This document shows, in pieces, positions 24,655 through 32,000 of a stretch of DNA of 32,000 bases. The notes beneath the pieces are model-generated. The model was not told the origin of the DNA. It was given only the letters and a program-made list of their open reading frames with translations, and made no database searches. The stretch is from Halomicronema hongdechloris C2206 (GTDB lineage Bacteria > Cyanobacteriota > Cyanobacteriia > Phormidesmidales > Phormidesmidaceae). The DNA is taken from positions 2,340,001-2,372,000 of the forward strand of contig NZ_CP021983.2 of NCBI RefSeq assembly GCF_002075285.3. The letters run 5' to 3'. Numbering within the stretch: position 1 is the stretch's first letter; each line of letters starts with the position of its first letter. A program made the position numbers and the translations under genes.

Positions 24655-26463
24655 CTACCGGGTTTGCGAGCTCTCCGGGGTAGAGGCAGTGCCGTCATCG
24701 TCTGACTGAGGAGAGGGGGCAGGCGTTGGTAACGGTCTCGGACGCGGTCCCCGCTTTAGGCCCACATAGAGGTCGTAGCGAATGTGTCGCGGCGAGTCCA
24801 CGGTGGCCGTCACGCCAATGGACTGAATCGCCCCTGAACCAATCAAACTGTCGGCGGGGAGGTCGGGTAACCATAGGCTATCCGTGCTCTGACGCAACCG
24901 CTCGAAGTCCACGAAGAAATGGCCATTATTGACCCGGGGACTCTGGCGAAAGGCTCGCTCAAAGGCCTCTGTTGCCGTCAGGGAAGCCTCTGGGGCAGGC
25001 AGTAGGGTCGCGGCCACCCCCGCCCCTACGGTGAAAAAGGCGGTGGAATCTGCCAACCAACCATGGCTCAGTTGCAGGGATTGATAGGGCGTTGTCCACC
25101 GGGTGACTGGCCGACCGGATAGCTCCAGGCTGTCGACTTGAAAGCGATAGCGATTCACCATCACCTGGTCTAGGCGCTCAAAAGCCTGCTCTGCTGCCTC
25201 CCGATCACTGACCTGCACTAGGGCAACGAGGTTAGTACTGGGCAAGGGAACCGTATCATCCGCCGAGTCGGGAGCATCGCCAGGGGCTGCCGGCTCGGCT
25301 GCGGACTCTAAAACAGCTAGGGCAAATTCCCCCTGCATCCAGGGCAGCAGATCTTCCTCTAGCCGTAATCCTGTACTGGCTTGCAGCCCGGCACTGAGAT
25401 TCTCGGGGTTTAGGGGTAACAGCGCCCCCAGTTGTAGTCCCTGACTGAGGTCTTGCCAGAATTGCTCTAGATTTCCCCCGGATACCATCATCAACGTCTC
25501 CGCCGGTAACTGTCGGGGCAACTGATCAGGACCATTCTGGCTGGCGTAGGTCTGGTCACTGTTAGGCGGCAGCCAACTCAGGCCCTGCATTCGCAGACCC
25601 TGCGATTCTAGGTAGAGGACGGCGGCTAGCCCCCGAGGCGCCTGCAGGGCCTGCCACTGGGAGGGGGGCAGGGGCGGTTGGGCATTGAGGGCAATCTGCT
25701 GGGCGGCTGCCGCCATATTTAAATACAGGCGACCAAAGGCGGGGGCGGCTGCCACCTGCTGGAAGGCACTGCCATAGCCAGGACGTTGAGCCAGGGAGCG
25801 TCCGCCCTGGGTCGTATCGATTGCCTGCTCTAGGGCGACCTCATGGGGGGATAGCACTACCCAGTCAGGAGTCAACACCGCCGCGAACAGAGGCGAGCCT
25901 TGGGGGCGAGGAATGGGGGTAATGGTCACCCCCCGATAGTCGCGGCTGGCAGTGTCATCGGCCAGGTCAGGACGCTCAGCCAGCCAGGCTTGGGCCGCCA
26001 CCGCATCGGCGATGGGAACCACGACCAGGGGCTGAGCTTGCTGAAACGGAGGCAGTTCAGCCTCAGGAGGCGCGGCGGCAGCGGCGGCGGGCAGTAGGGC
26101 CACGGTGATCTCTGGGCCCACCCAGGTCGGTAGGTCACGACTGAAGTCTGGGGGGTGTTGCCCCCATAGGCGCTGCTGGCCCTGGATTAACCACTGATCG
26201 AAGCGCGCCTGGGTCTCGGCAGTGCCAAACTGTCGCAATTGCCGCCAGGGGTTATTCGCCGTCGGCAGGGTAGCGGCCATGAGGGCCGACTCGGGAATGA
26301 CTTGGGAACCTGCGGGTATGGCCTGGGAGCCTGGACCACGCCGGGATAGGGTCCAGTAGGCAATCAGTCCGCCCCCGATCAACAGTACGGCAGTCCCTAG
26401 GGTAAAGAGCAGAGGAGGCTTTTTACGGGACAACTTGGACAGGACCATAGCTGGGTAGGACAT
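24655..26463 (-). CDS. Large membrane-anchored hypothetical protein (DUF3352-like)
   Basis: 602-aa ORF with an N-terminal TM segment (LLFTLGTAVLLIGGGLIAYW), an Ala/Pro-rich body and core-like GC. The family name comes from recollection only. Confidence 0.6.
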   Translation of the reverse strand: MSYPAMVLSKLSRKKPPLLFTLGTAVLLIGGGLIAYWTLSRRGPGSQAIPAGSQVIPESALMAATLPTANNPWRQLRQFGTAETQARFDQWLIQGQQRLWGQHPPDFSRDLPTWVGPEITVALLPAAAAAAPPEAELPPFQQAQPLVVVPIADAVAAQAWLAERPDLADDTASRDYRGVTITPIPRPQGSPLFAAVLTPDWVVLSPHEVALEQAIDTTQGGRSLAQRPGYGSAFQQVAAAPAFGRLYLNMAAAAQQIALNAQPPLPPSQWQALQAPRGLAAVLYLESQGLRMQGLSWLPPNSDQTYASQNGPDQLPRQLPAETLMMVSGGNLEQFWQDLSQGLQLGALLPLNPENLSAGLQASTGLRLEEDLLPWMQGEFALAVLESAAEPAAPGDAPDSADDTVPLPSTNLVALVQVSDREAAEQAFERLDQVMVNRYRFQVDSLELSGRPVTRWTTPYQSLQLSHGWLADSTAFFTVGAGVAATLLPAPEASLTATEAFERAFRQSPRVNNGHFFVDFERLRQSTDSLWLPDLPADSLIGSGAIQSIGVTATVDSPRHIRYDLYVGLKRGPRPRPLPTPAPSPQSDDDGTASTPESSQTR

Positions 26464-26542
26464 CGGTGCCCTGCCAATTTAGCATTAGAGCAGATTCGTC
26501 GACTGCTACTGATGCGATGAGAATCGTCAGTCCCATGCCTTG

Positions 26543-27162
26543 CTAGTCGAGCCCGCCATGGATACTTGGCAAATCGACGGTGAGCACGATGTCTGCCATG
26601 GCTTCAGTGGGGGGGCTAGCGGTCGGGGTTCCAGGTGACTCGTCTAGGGCCATTGGCGTTGACTCAGACCAGTGGGCTAGTACCTGTGCGATCGCATCGT
26701 GCCGTCGCGCTTGATCACGGCTAATGGTCTGCACGGTATTGCCTAGCCCAGGGGCATTCCAACGCTGGGTATCGGGATCGAGAAAGGCTCGGGTTCGGGC
26801 CCAAACAATGGCCTCAGCCTCAGGCATACCTAGATCCTGAGCCTGTTTCAGCCGCTCGACATAGCCCACCGGCCCCAGGGCCGCCGAGGGCGACTGATTA
26901 GCCAGGTCGAGGCCATTCAACTCGGCCATCAGGCTCAGGGACACCTGCTGGGTCTCGGCTCGCCGCCGCAAGGTAGCCGCTTGCTGACGTAGCCGTGCCA
27001 ATTGTTGAGCATCCGCCGCCTCGGGCGTAGCAGCCCATGCTGGTAGGAAAAGCTGCCCAGGTTCCACGCCCCATTGCCCGGATCGCGATGGCCATAGTAG
27101 GCAGCGGTCTGGTCTCCGGTGAGGGAACGGGTGCCTTCGGCATGGCCAATGGCCCGAGCCAC
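26543..27162 (-). pseudogene. Conserved hypothetical gene requiring a 1-nt frame correction near 27035 (may extend upstream to about 27539 through a Pro-rich linker)
   Basis: Frame B reads ..LDPLFAGEADSLVARAIGHAEGTRSLTGDQTAAYYGHRDPGNGAWNLGSFSYQHG. It continues sensibly only in the 26543-27067 frame (..AATPEAADAQQLARLRQQAATL..). The break is at a GGG/CCC run (27034-27036). Confidence 0.55.
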
Positions 27163-27605
27163 TAGGGAATCGGCCTCCCCTGCAAATAGGGGATCCAGGG
27201 AGGCGGGGGAAGCAGGGAAAGGTGACGCAGAAGATGCTGAAGAAGCAGGGGCAACGGCGGCAGCGGGAGAGGGAGGGGGAGGGGGCAGGCAGGTGAGGAT
27301 GAGCGTTTTAGGGCTGTGGTGGAGGTCTCGGGAGGGGCAGGCACCGGCAAGGGCCGAACAGTCGCGGCAGACAGGGAACTAGCTGCGCTGGGCTGAACCA
27401 CAGCTGCGGGAGTAGGAGATGCCACCGGCTTCGCGACTCTATTCTCCAAGGCTACCGGGGTCAGGGCCGTATCATCTGTCTCCGGCGCGGCCGGCAGCTC
27501 AAAGTCTACTGACCAGCGCAGCGCCGCCGTCGGCGTCACCGTGACTAAAACTGCCAGAGAGGGACAGGGCGCCCCATAACCACGCTGAGCTCATCGATCT
27601 CATCC

Positions 27606-28090
27606 CTATTCGACCATCTGTTCTAGGACATCCACGGCAGGTTCCACGATGGCCCAGGTGCCATCGGGTTGCCGCCGTAGGGCAGCAAACTGCACCGTTT
27701 GTCCCCGCCCCAGAGGCTTGGCGGCGGTGATGGGACCCACCTCACTCTGGCTCAACCCACAGATGCGAAAGACATAGGCCGGCACTTCCGGGCTGGAATA
27801 GATCACACAGCCGGGTCGATGGGGCTGTACTAGACCATCGAAGGGAGCTCGGACCGTATCCCCTTGCAAATCAATGGAAATATCCCCTAAGCCACCGTTG
27901 ACGCGCGATAGTCGCCCACACTGACTACCGGGCTGCGCAGCACCCAGTCCTGGTGAATCTGTAGGGAGCGGGTAGGCACGGCGGGGGCTTGCTGACAACC
28001 GACCGCGAGCAATAGGGGCAGGCCTAAGCCCAGGGCCCATCGCCCTTGCCCGCGACCATGGCCAGTCAATCCATAGCGTTGGTCAGCCAT
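27606..28090 (-). pseudogene. Lipoprotein-like hypothetical gene requiring a frame correction near 27901-27907
   Basis: The N-terminal frame is MADQRYGLTG..LGLPLLLAVGCQQ (lipobox-like) ..VSVGDYRAS. The sensible continuation ..VNGGLGDISIDLQGDTVRAPFDGLV.. lies in the 27606-28040 frame. The break is at CGCGCG. Confidence 0.5.
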
Positions 28091-28099
28091 AGCCCCCCC

Positions 28100-28600
28100 T
28101 TAGCGACGAAAACTGAAGTCATAGCCGGCGTATTCCCCCTCTTCGTAGAGCACGACAAACCAGGTCTGCGGGTCAAACTCTAGGGGATAGGCCTCCCGTT
28201 CCGCCTGGGCTCCTTCCCGCACAGTGACAGGAGACAGCACGCAGTAGGGCTCTTGGATGATTTGCCGTACGGTCTCCTTGGAGGAGCGCTCGGCCACCGT
28301 CAGCAACTGGGACAGTTCATCCCTGGACAGGACCGATTGAGACTGCACCCGCTGTTGGCACAAATCAGCTGTCCGTGACTGCTCCGAGCGGTCGAAGGGA
28401 GTCACCACCAAGGCTGCCAGGGCCAGCATAGAGCTGCCGGCTAGCAGCACTCCAGCCTGGCGCCTTGAGCGTCGCCGTGGGGCTGGCTGGGGTTGCGATC
28501 GCGGAGTCGAGGCCCGACGAAGCTGGCCATCAGGATGGCGCTGGGGACGCCGAGTTGGCGTCTGCCGGGGCTGTCGGTAGTGGTTGGAATAGTAACTCAT
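28100..28600 (-). CDS. Hypothetical protein with basic Pro/Arg-rich N-terminus and one TM segment
   Basis: GGGGAGGG lies upstream of the ATG at 28600 (MSYYSNHYRQPR..). The TM segment is VLLAGSSMLALAALVV. The C-terminal domain ends ..WFVVLYEEGEYAGYDFSFRR. Confidence 0.6.
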   Translation of the reverse strand: MSYYSNHYRQPRQTPTRRPQRHPDGQLRRASTPRSQPQPAPRRRSRRQAGVLLAGSSMLALAALVVTPFDRSEQSRTADLCQQRVQSQSVLSRDELSQLLTVAERSSKETVRQIIQEPYCVLSPVTVREGAQAEREAYPLEFDPQTWFVVLYEEGEYAGYDFSFRR

Positions 28601-29010
28601 GGAACACCCTCCCCATCGGCACCGATTTGGGGGTATCGGCTGGATGGCTATCAACTCATTGGCCAAGGACTCCTTGAGAGGGGATTCCTCGGCGCCTTAG
28701 AACACCATGGCACTAGTGTAGTACGTATGTATTAATTCAGGGTAGGGAAGCCAGATATTTTTTTTAAGATTTGCTAAGTTGTCCTCAAGAGTCATCCTAG
28801 TGCCGCCAACGTCATTTCCGTACGGCAGTGTGTGCAGACGGTGCAGCAAGTTCCCACCACCAGCAAGGGCTATCCAGCTCCGATGCTGGACTACCGCCAG
28901 GCTCGCCAAACCCGAGTGCAACAATTGCACCAGCAGATGATGCGGTCCGGCAGTTGAGTTTGTGGTCTTAGCGGCAGAGGATAGAAAGGCCGACAATCGA
29001 GAGAGGGACC

Positions 29011-29343
29011 ATGACAACGGAGCCAACCCCAGCCCAGGTAAGTCTCGATACCTTACCCGAGTATGAGCTGAAACTCTTGAACGCCCTGGCCTATTTCCTG
29101 GGGCGACCAGTGACGGCCCAAGCCCGGGCTTGTCTCTGCATGTATCTGCGCCAATCGGAGCCCCGGATCATGGCCCAGACCCGTTATTACGCTCACCGAG
29201 TTTCTCACCAGAGTGGCCGCTCCCTAAGCGAGTACGACCTACTGGACTGGCTTTGGGAATCGCCAGAAGCAGTCACAGAGCTATTGCAGGGTATAAAGCC
29301 GTTGCACCGAGCCAATGATCCCCCAGATGTGTTCGACCCCTAG
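29011..29343 (+). CDS. Hypothetical protein (110 aa)
   Basis: ORF with core-like codon usage and no family recognised. Its first 16 nt overlap an unlikely antisense ORF (28697-29026). Confidence 0.5.
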   Translation: MTTEPTPAQVSLDTLPEYELKLLNALAYFLGRPVTAQARACLCMYLRQSEPRIMAQTRYYAHRVSHQSGRSLSEYDLLDWLWESPEAVTELLQGIKPLHRANDPPDVFDP

Positions 29344-29670
29344 CGAGCCCGAGTACCATCAGGACAAGGGTAAAGAGTGATTGGGTGTTGGGGAGAGGGA
29401 AAACGGAGGACGGCTTGCCCTGAGCCTAGTCGAAGGGAGAGCGGAGGAGGAAAGAGGGAATGAGGAAACAAGTCCCTCGCTACCCTGTCGATGCGGCGCG
29501 ATCTTTAACGACTAATCGATAGGTTAAAGAGTAGGTCGTCGCTCAATAGTCTTTATTAAGCGCAGCGTTACAAAACATTGGTATTAAATATGTTTGTCGA
29601 GGTTTACGACTCCTTGGTTGGTGCCAGATCAGCTGTTTCAATTGCCAAATAATTTAGTCAACCTTGGGCT

Positions 29671-29872
29671 ATGAGAACCGTCATGACCTTGCCAACCGTG
29701 ACGTTTGACAGCTACCGGCCCGGTGGACTCGCTGAAGTACTGAAGCTACACATGGATTACTATGCCTGAAATTGGGGCTTTGGGCGAGCATTTGAGACCA
29801 AGCTGACCCAGGAGATGGGGAAATTTTTGGCCCGCTTTGATCCGGCACGGGACTTGTTCGTCTTACCTCTGG
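29671..29872 (+). pseudogene. Remnant of a GNAT-type acetyltransferase gene (in-frame TGA, 3' part lost)
   Basis: MRTVMTLPTVTFDSYRPGGLAEVLKLHMDYYA*NWGFGRAFETKLTQEMGKFLARFDPARDLF.. with TGA at 29767-29769. Similarity to the GNAT N-terminal pattern stops where the convergent nitroreductase gene ends. Confidence 0.4.
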
Positions 29873-30547
29873 TTAGTCTGATAGCGACTTCCCGAAGGTT
29901 TCTTCGTAGCACACCTGGTCGATGGCAAAGCGACCGCCATAGGTCTTGAGTGGGGTATCGGCATAGCCCATCGGCAATAGGCAACAGACATCTACCTGGT
30001 CAGGAATCTGAAATGCCTCTTTCACCTGGGCGGTGGCAAACCCCTCCATGGGGCAGGTGTCGACTCCGAACCCTTTGGCGGCAACCATCAAATGGGCGAC
30101 TGCTAGCATCACGTGGCGATTGGTCCAGGCTTCTAGGGTCTCGAAGCTGGGCTGGGCATCAAATAACTGAGGCACAGCTCCCCGCATGACATCAGCATAC
30201 TCATCACTCATACTGCCGGCATCAACGCCAAGCTGAATAATAGACTCGACGTACTCGCGACTATTGACCCGGCGATCGCCACAGCAAATGAGCACAACCG
30301 GCGCTTCTGCCACCTGCCGTTGACCAAAGGCGCATGCTTGCAGCTTCTCCTTATGCTTAGCCTCTCGCAAGACAAGGAAACGCCAGGGCTGTAGATTGTA
30401 GCCAGAGGGCGCTCGTAGCCCCAGGCGCAAAATTTCCATGAGGACAGCTTCAGGGATCGGATCGGGCTTGAAGGAGCGGGCGGCTCGTCGTTGCTCAATG
30501 GCATCGACCAATCCCATGACAGTCGATACAGAGTTGGACACAGTCAT
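29873..30547 (-). CDS. Nitroreductase-family oxidoreductase
   Basis: ..IEQRRAARSFKPDPIPE..LRLGLRAPSGYNLQPWRFLVL.. is the classic nitroreductase N-terminal motif. The start is set at MTVSNS (30547); the track ORF extends to 30610. Confidence 0.85.
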   Translation of the reverse strand: MTVSNSVSTVMGLVDAIEQRRAARSFKPDPIPEAVLMEILRLGLRAPSGYNLQPWRFLVLREAKHKEKLQACAFGQRQVAEAPVVLICCGDRRVNSREYVESIIQLGVDAGSMSDEYADVMRGAVPQLFDAQPSFETLEAWTNRHVMLAVAHLMVAAKGFGVDTCPMEGFATAQVKEAFQIPDQVDVCCLLPMGYADTPLKTYGGRFAIDQVCYEETFGKSLSD

Positions 30548-31105
30548 CTCAGCTATTCCTTTCAGCAGTGGTGGACAGGTTTCCGAAGGTGTCAGCGGAA
30601 ACCCCATCAACGACCCGGTGAGTGTGAGACCATAGAGACCCCACGTAGTTTCTAAACCCGTGAGTCAGTCAAGGCGTCAAGGGTACATTAGCAACCCTGT
30701 CGTTGTGTCACATCTATCCCTGGGGCCAAACATCTGGACAGGGCTGTGACTCCTAAGTTGAACTGAGACCGATGAAAACTTTTGTATACACTGTCAGCAA
30801 GATGCCTGCAAGATTTGATCGAATCGTAGTGGCTCCGTTGGGCTAACCGCTTGATGCGGCTGCGATGGGTGGGGCCCAGCAACTTCGAATCAGACGGGGA
30901 GGCAGCTGTTTCCATGGTGGTAGTTGACTCTAAGGCAATCCATTCAGCATAGTCTCGTCATTGGACTGCCATCAGGGCTAATTTCTAGCGAGTCGACTAG
31001 GCCAATCGAGGCACGGTGTCCCTCTTTCCAGGCTGACCCCACCTCGGCTAAGTTAAGGAGCGGGACGAAAGTCCCGCCTCATCTCTCGCCACAGGGGACA
31101 CTATC

Positions 31106-31400
31106 ATGGGGGCCTATGAAATTCTGGCCTATCTACTCCTAGGAGCCTTGTTGGGAGCCCTAGGCCAGGGCATTCGAGTCATTGTCGGCCTGAAGAAAAA
31201 ATCTGACGAACATCTCACCCAGCCCTTACGCACCTGGTTCGATCCCCAGCGACCTGTTGTTGAGCTTGTTGAGTTGGGGCCGTCGCTGGTTGCCTCAGCG
31301 TCGTGCTGCTGATTGGCAGCACCTAGGACCGCAATAGCCTGTTGACGGTCATCGCAGTGGCTATGCCGGCACTGATTTTATCGAAGGCTTCATTAAGGTA
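31106..31400 (+). pseudogene. Possible decayed small membrane-protein gene
   Basis: MGAYEILAYLLLGALLGALGQGIRVIVGLKKK.. is a TM helix. Plausible continuation pieces (VGAVAGCLSVVLLIGS, LLTVIAV, GYAGTDFIEGFIK) lie in other frames and are separated by stops. This interpretation is tentative. Confidence 0.3.
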
Positions 31401-31416
31401 AGCAAGCGAAGGAGCA

Positions 31417-31690
31417 GGAGTAGGGAGTGGGAGTGGGGAGTGGGGAGTGGGGAGTGGGGAGGAGTGAAGAGTGAAGAGTGGGAGAGTTAAAAGTGAAGAG
31501 TTAAAAGTGAAGAGTTAAAAGTGAAGAGTTAAAAGTGAAGAGTTAAAAGTGAAGAGTGAAGGAATGACTTTATTACTCGTTACTCGTTACTCGGATTACT
31601 CAATCACCCCATCACCCCATCACCCCTAAGCCCTGCGGGCAGGCTCCGCCAACACCCCATCACCTCATCACCCCATCACCCCATCCCCCA
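31417..31690. repeat. Composite microsatellite block: (GGGGAGT)n, (GTGAAGA)2, 14-mer GTTAAAAGTGAAGA x5, (TTACTCG)3, (ATCACCCC)n
   Basis: Read directly. GGGG runs occur at 31435, 31442, 31449 and 31456, separated by AGT. The 14-mer copies span 31486-31555. C4 runs start at 31607 and continue to 31689. These are heptamer-type repeats like the cyanobacterial STRR family. Confidence 0.9.
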
Positions 31691-31691
31691 T

Positions 31692-32000
31692 CTAAGCCAG
31701 ATCTGCCTGCTTCACCAGATGGGCTTCCAGGAACCAGAGGCGCATGTCAATGGTTCGGGAGATCTCGGTGTAGAGGTCGGCGGTGTCGGCATCACCGAGC
31801 TCATCGGTTTGGTCGATGGCCTCTCGCACATGCTTGGCGTAGATGGCGAAGCGCTCTGCCAAGGCGGCCACATGCTCTTGGCCGTCGATGGCCTCCATTG
31901 GATACTCTGGCAAAATCGAGGCGTCTACGGCCATACGGGCGGTGCCGAGGGCAGTGCCCCCGAGGGCGGTGACGCGCTCGGCCACCATATCGACATAACC
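31692..32000 (-). CDS. dps: Dps-family ferritin-like DNA-protection protein (5' end outside window)
   Basis: ..VDMVAERVTALGGTALGTARMAVDASILPEYP...HVAALAERFAIYAKHVREAIDQTDELGDADTADLYTEISRTIDMRLWFLEAHL is a typical Dps C-terminal half. The frame is open to the window edge. Confidence 0.85.
   Translation of the reverse strand, partial: GYVDMVAERVTALGGTALGTARMAVDASILPEYPMEAIDGQEHVAALAERFAIYAKHVREAIDQTDELGDADTADLYTEISRTIDMRLWFLEAHLVKQADLA

Noticed and set aside
28697-29026. 109-aa minus-strand ORF between the 188-aa gene and the 110-aa gene
   Set aside because: It overlaps the start of the + strand ORF, has Leu/Ser/Ala-biased composition with no motifs, and is more likely intergenic or promoter DNA.
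30688-31142. ORFs 30688-30915 (-) and 30924-31142 (+)
   Set aside because: They are short, have no recognisable motifs or RBS, and lie in a region that looks intergenic.
31225-31260. tRNA-like T-arm motif CTGGTTCGATCCCCAG
   Set aside because: Only a 4-bp stem with an 8-nt loop. There is no D-arm, anticodon arm or acceptor stem in the flanks. It lies inside the small membrane-protein reading frame.

Overview
Cyanobacterial chromosomal segment. Core parts are about 55-60% GC by hand counts on sample lines. There are 8 copies of the HIP1 octamer GCGATCGC, and the core genes include acsF, ccsA, rpsU and dps. The right two thirds (about 15.6-32 kb) is ordinary core genome: acsF, an M48/TPR peptidase, DUF4079- and DUF1997-like proteins, an NAD(P)-binding protein, ccsA, a DUF3352-like protein, a nitroreductase and dps. 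Several small lesions occur there. The left half (about 1.6-15.6 kb) is a compositionally mosaic accessory island with three parts. (i) A hicAB module whose toxin carries a nonsense codon. (ii) A large NACHT-HEAT STAND NTPase gene that is split by an IS5-family element and frameshifted, and is GC-chimeric: the N-terminal and NTPase part is GC-rich and the C-terminal repeat part is about 22-43% GC. (iii) The most interesting part is what I read as a degenerate chromosomal integron. It has a 5' remnant of an integron-type tyrosine recombinase gene (7355-7507, minus). It has an attI-like region with phased direct repeats ending in a perfect GTTAGGC core (7740-7746). It then has a + strand array of cassette-like ORFs separated by attC-like imperfect inverted repeats (RYYYAAC ... 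GTTRRRY, with an extra base in the left arm). Cassette contents are a PIN-type toxin-antitoxin pair, a small Gly-rich protein and a VOC/glyoxalase-fold protein. They also include a 408-aa protein whose C-terminus resembles an ADP-ribosyltransferase with a non-canonical triad, a STAS-like protein and a 253-aa unknown. A reverse-oriented, very AT-rich 976-aa membrane protein with beta-helix-like repeats closes the array. The body of the integrase gene is replaced by a striking array of about 17 units with 21-bp periodicity, each centred on the palindrome CTTAAG (6905-7262). This array is non-coding and I cannot assign it to any known element class. All functional calls come from reading the translations and recalling family motifs; no database search was possible. 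Three core-type genes need a 1-nt correction, two of them at short homopolymers, so assembly indel errors are a live alternative to true pseudogenes.
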